A stretch of 64,000 nt of DNA from Zootoca vivipara. Taxonomy: Eukaryota. Positions 60,026-64,000 of this stretch are shown in pieces. Location of the stretch: contig NC_083277.1 of the NCBI RefSeq assembly GCF_963506605.1, forward strand, positions 1,178,001 through 1,242,000, written 5' to 3'. The position numbers and the translations under genes were made by a program. Position 1 is the stretch's first letter. Every line of letters starts with the position of its first letter. The notes beneath the pieces are model-generated. The model made no database searches. It was not told the origin of the DNA and worked only from the letters and a program-made list of their open reading frames with translations.

Positions 60026-60719
60026 AACGACTGAGCCTGCCTCCTCGGTAATGACATGGTCTGGTCTTGGCATAACTCCTCCTCCTACCCATGATCACTG
60101 CGATCGCTTGTCCCAGTGCATTCCCCCCCCCCCCCCCGTGGAACCTGCCCCAGCCATTTTGTTGGCTGGGACCCCCTCCTGGGCAGCCCTGACCCCCTCC
60201 CCTTAAAAACACAATAAAACCTCTGTAAGAAAAACAGGAAAAAACAGAACAAAAGAAAAACACAAAAAACACAATAAAACCAAGAACAGTAAAAATGACA
60301 AATATACCAAAATTTAACAAATCCCTCCCACCTACTACCCCAAAGAAAATAAAAAATATAAAAAATTATTGAAAAAGCGTTTTAAAAAGAACTCTGTGCT
60401 GTTTTAAGTTCCCCTGGGCAGCACCAGCAGCAGAGCAGCGGCAGCAGTCCTTATGAGGTGGAGGGAGTCAGGGACAGGGCTTGTGGGCACTCACGGCAAG
60501 AAGAAGAAGAGTCCTGGGCAGCCCCCCTCTCTCTGCCCCCCCTCCCTCTGCCCTCCTCCCTCCACCCCCCAGTCTCCCCTTTGCCCAGAGGCCCCCCTGG
60601 CAGGCTCACCCTTCTTGCCAAATCTCTCCCAAGCGCCCCCACCTCTCCATCCGGAGGGGCCTCGCCAGATGAGCAAGGAGGGGGGAGAGGGGGGAGACCG
60701 GGGGTCTCTATCCAGACGC

Positions 60720-61110
60720 AGATCTGGCTCGCCCACCCGCCCCGTTTCCTCTGTCGGGAGCGCGCATCCGGCGGAGGGAGAAAGCCGCTTGCTCCCTCGG
60801 CTGGCCGACGCGCGCTCTCCCTGGGGGGGAGTTGAGGGGCGGGCCAGAGGGGCGTCAAACGCGGCGGCCCCCCTAGGGGCGGGGCGCCGCGCCGCAGCGT
60901 CGTGACCTCACGACGCACGGGCGTGACGCCCGCCTCTGGCCCGCCGCTTTTGACGCCCCATGGGCTCTCCCTCCCTGCGGTGCGCGCTTTCCCAGGACGG
61001 AGTCGAGGGGCGGGGCCAGCGAGGAGCGTCCCCAGGGAGAGTGACGTCACGGGTGTCAAAGCGGCTAGTAACGCCCCTGACCACCTGGGAGAGGAGACTA
61101 GGCTTCCATG
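60720..61110. promoter_or_regulatory. CpG-island-like putative bidirectional promoter
   Basis: High CpG density, three GGGGCGGGG boxes, palindromic CRE TGACGTCA at 61042-61049; lies between oppositely oriented ZNF 5' modules. Confidence 0.6.
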
Positions 61111-62684
61111 ATGATGATGACGTACGCTCTGCAAAGTAGACTGGCCTTCTGCACATTTCGCTGGGCGGAGGCAGATCCGTGGCGGCGGCTCAGTTCCTTT
61201 GCATGCAGAAGAAGGAGCTACTTTCAGTTGCCGGCAGGGAAGGAGACGCCCCTCCCTGGAGAAGACTCGGGGGGGGGGGGCGGTGTATGTGAAGCTTGCA
61301 CAGCTGGACAACTCTCTGCTCGGGCCTCCCCCCTCTCCCACCCTCATTTCGACAGGGCTGCTCTTGTTCGTAGCTCTATTGGCAGACGCATTCGGAAAGG
61401 AAGCCGAAGCACTTCGGGAATGTCCAAGCCGAAGGGGAGGGGGAGGGGGAGGGGAGGAGCCCCTCCCTCCGAGGGGGCGCGTCCTTGGAGAGCCCCCAGG
61501 AAAGGAAATCGGAATAGAATAGCGGACGAGGGAAGCGGAGGGCCAGAGAGGACAAAGAGGTAATGCTGGAGGGCGGGGAAGGGGGAGAAAGAAAGGGGGC
61601 AGAGACCCCCCCCCCAAGAACAACTCCCTTCCTGGGCGATATCTGCACAGGCCCCGAACCATGCGATCCGGCTGCAGAGGAGGAGGAAAAGGAGGTGCTC
61701 AATATATCTATATATTAGGGGGGCGGGGAGGGAGAGAAGGATGCGCTTTTCCTCCCCCTGAATCTGCATCTCTAGGGGAGGAATCAAAGCCATCTTGGAG
61801 AAAGAGAGAGGGACTTGGGGGCTGCCTGCCTTGACTTCTCCCTTTTGCCTAGGAATTTCCTTCGAGTCGACCAGGGAGAGATACCTGAGCAGGAGGCCTG
61901 ATCCACCCACCCTCTCCTCCCTTGAAGCTCAGGCCTTGCCCTGCCAGAAGTCCCAGGTCAGCTGCTGCATGGGGCGCTGGGGGCTGTTATAGGGAGTCTA
62001 ACCATGGGGGGAAAGAGGAAAGGGAGGAAGCCCCCTTTATTCTTTCCGCCCTTTGAGGCTTCTGTCTTGGCAACTACAGTCTCACCCACATGCCTGTGTT
62101 TCTCTGGAGAAGCATCGAAAGTGTTCCTACCCAGAGATACCTGTGTCCAACTCCTTCTCTCCATTCCACCAGGTTTCCATGATTGTCACTATTTCAGATC
62201 TCTTAAATCTGTGGGATTTAAGGGATTGGGAAGATTGTTAAATGGGTGGGGGTCCCCCCCTACCAGCCTGTGTAATTATTACTAAAATTGTTTTTATGTA
62301 TTTACTTATTGAATCTGTTAGTTGCTTTCTCTTGCCCAGGGCAGCCCAAAGTGACTTACAACAAGTTGTTGTTGTTATGATTTTCCACTGTGACACTCCA
62401 AGGCTGTTCTCAGGGCCTGCTCCACGGTGAGGGAGACTGAGGCAGCCCCCTCAGGAAGCAGATGCAGAGAGGGGCAAGGAAGCAGATGCAGAGAGGGGCA
62501 AGGAGGGGACTGAGCTGAGTGCCATTTGGCCTGCCCTGATCTAACCCTCTATCCCAGGGGTCAGCAAACTTTTTCAGCAGGAGGCCGGTCCACTGTCCCT
62601 CAGACCTTGTGGGGGGCCGGACTATATTTTTTTGGGGGGGGGAATGAACAAATTTATATGCCCTACAAATAACCCAGACATGCA

Positions 62685-63365
62685 TCCTATATAATAAAGT
62701 CCAAATGTCTCTGCGTCCAAGTTTTCCCGTGTGTCCCTGGGTTACTGCGCATGGGCCCCAGGGACACAGGGATTGGACAGCAGAGACTGGACGCACACAC
62801 GCACGCTCTCTCCCCCCCACCTACCGTTTCCCTGCGGCTGCCAACCGCCGCTCCTGGCTGGACTGAGCGTTGGCGGGGGGGGGAGCGCGCATGTGTGTGC
62901 ATCCAGCAAGGACAGGTCTCCTTCCTGTCACCTCCCGTTTGAGCTGGTAGTGGCGCTCCTGCTGACGGGCCAGCCGGTCACCCCCGCCGAAGCCTCCCAG
63001 TCCCCGGGCTCCGGCTCCTGCTGCTGCGGCTCCGGCGGCCAGGCTTTCCCCGTCATCGTCGTAGGCGAAGCCCGCGACGAAGCGCACCATGGCTGAGGGA
63101 GGTGGCTAGGCCCAGGCGCCGGACTCCGCCTTCCCCTCGCGCGCTCGACGGAGAAGCCCGTGAGAGGAGCGGCGAGGCCACGGCCTTCCCTCCCTCTCTG
63201 CGCTCAGCTGCGGGGCATGACGGGATAGCGAGTTTGTTTACTTGCGTTCCTGGCGCGCCCCGCGGCAGAGCGCAGAGAGAGAGAGAGAGAGGGAAGGCTG
63301 CGGCCCCGCTGCTCCTCTCACATATCCTCTAGCGCCCGTTTTCTAAACGGGCTGAACAACACTAG
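62685..63365 (+). mobile_element. Non-autonomous Helitron (681 bp) with captured gene fragment
   Basis: A|TCCTATATAATAAA start; 8-bp stem hairpin GCCCGTTT-TCT-AAACGGGC (63334-63352); CTAG|T end; no TSD. Confidence 0.88.
62941..63090 (-). pseudogene. DGCR6: Captured DGCR6-like first coding exon fragment
   Basis: GCCATGG Kozak start; MVRF...ARQQERHYQL matches recalled DGCR6 N-terminal motif ARQQERHYQLL; similarity stops after HYQL. Confidence 0.72.
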
Positions 63366-63784
63366 TTTTAAATAAAAGGACACATTGTACTAATGTAAAA
63401 ACATGCTGATTCCCGGACCCTCCGCGGGCCGGATTTAGAAGGTGATTGGGCCGCATCCGGCCCCCGGGCCTTAGTTTGGGAACCCCTGATCTATCCTCTC
63501 ATCCAGTGGAAGGTGCTGTCCCATTGCCAGTGTCCTAGACACAATGCAGTAGCCTCAGGAAGTCAGTGGTGCAGGATTATTTGGGAATGTGTGCAGTTGG
63601 ACTATATTAGGAAGATCTTGGAGATCGTGGAGGAAGGAGGAAATGAAATACAGATGCAAGGGAGATATTCAGCATTTTCAGAAGAGGGGGGAGAAGGGGA
63701 AAGTGTGTCCCACTGGATAAGGCTCCCATAATCCCTGGCCATGGACCATCCTTGCTTGGGCAGATGGTACTTTGTGTCCAAAAT

Positions 63785-63840
63785 GGGACTCGGGTGGCAC
63801 TGTGGGTTAAATCGCTGAGCCTAGGGCTTGCCAATCAGAA
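63785..63840 (+). mobile_element. Sauria SINE 5' (tRNA-derived) head fragment
   Basis: GGGACTCGGGTGGCACTGTGGGTTAAA...CTAGGGCTTGCCAATCAGAA. Confidence 0.65.
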
Positions 63841-63844
63841 ACAG

Positions 63845-64000
63845 AATAAGAATAAAAATAAGAATTTATTATTTATACCCCACCCATCTGGCTGAGTCTC
63901 CCTTGCCACTCTGGGCGGCTCCCAATTGAATATTAAAACAATACAGCAATAAATATTAAAAACTTTCCTAAACAGGGCCACCTTCAGATGTCTTTTAAAA
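63845..64000 (-). mobile_element. L2 3' end
   Basis: TTTATACCCCACCCATCTGG...GCCACTCTGGGCGGCT terminus. Confidence 0.75.

Larger units (their letters stand above)
54725..60450 (-). mobile_element. Near full-length L2 LINE (degenerate EN-RT), interrupted by two CR1 insertions
   Basis: EN motifs CNARS, CVTETWL, LGDFN, WSDH; RT motifs LDLSAAFD, QGSVLSP, YADD; 5' region resumes after 60025. Confidence 0.88.
62555..63488. mobile_element. hAT-type MITE interrupted by a Helitron
   Basis: CAGGGGTCAGCAAAC / GTTTGGGAACCCCTG; TSD CTCTATCC / ATCTATCC; empty site at ~28592. Confidence 0.85.
61290..63780 (+). repeat. 5' part of another ZNF gene unit (ZNF-E; finger exon expected right of the window)
   Basis: Colinear with 25355-28875 upstream of ZNF-B. 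Confidence 0.7.

Noticed and set aside
60451-61662. 403-aa minus-strand ORF (also 41133-42134 and 25812-26531)
   Set aside because: Stop-poor GC-rich sequence, no recognisable domain, not conserved between paralogous modules

Overview
Eukaryotic, vertebrate DNA, almost certainly a squamate reptile and probably a lacertid lizard (Sauria SINE, RTE-BovB, CR1 with (TTCTATGA)n tails, L2). No prokaryotic features or CRISPR arrays. The window is a tandem/inverted cluster of paralogous C2H2 zinc-finger genes: three intact finger exons (15, 16 and 29 fingers), one truncated copy, and 5' modules of further copies. I could not find a KRAB or SCAN exon. The cluster is densely and hierarchically invaded by transposons, and the paralogous units supply empty sites that confirm several insertion boundaries. 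Highlights: (1) a non-autonomous Helitron carrying a captured DGCR6-like first exon; (2) a Pack-type hAT element carrying a captured Myb/SANT-domain exon plus CpG-rich DNA, with a cargo-less sibling in the same window; (3) a Sola2-type DNA transposon containing an intact Gypsy/Mag LTR retrotransposon with apparently identical LTRs and a tRNA-Ser PBS; (4) Penelope-derived short inserts with a minimal hammerhead ribozyme; (5) Helitrons, one hosting a ~1 kb minisatellite; (6) two BovB inserts with the same 5' inversion. Family and gene assignments come from recalled motifs, not database searches.
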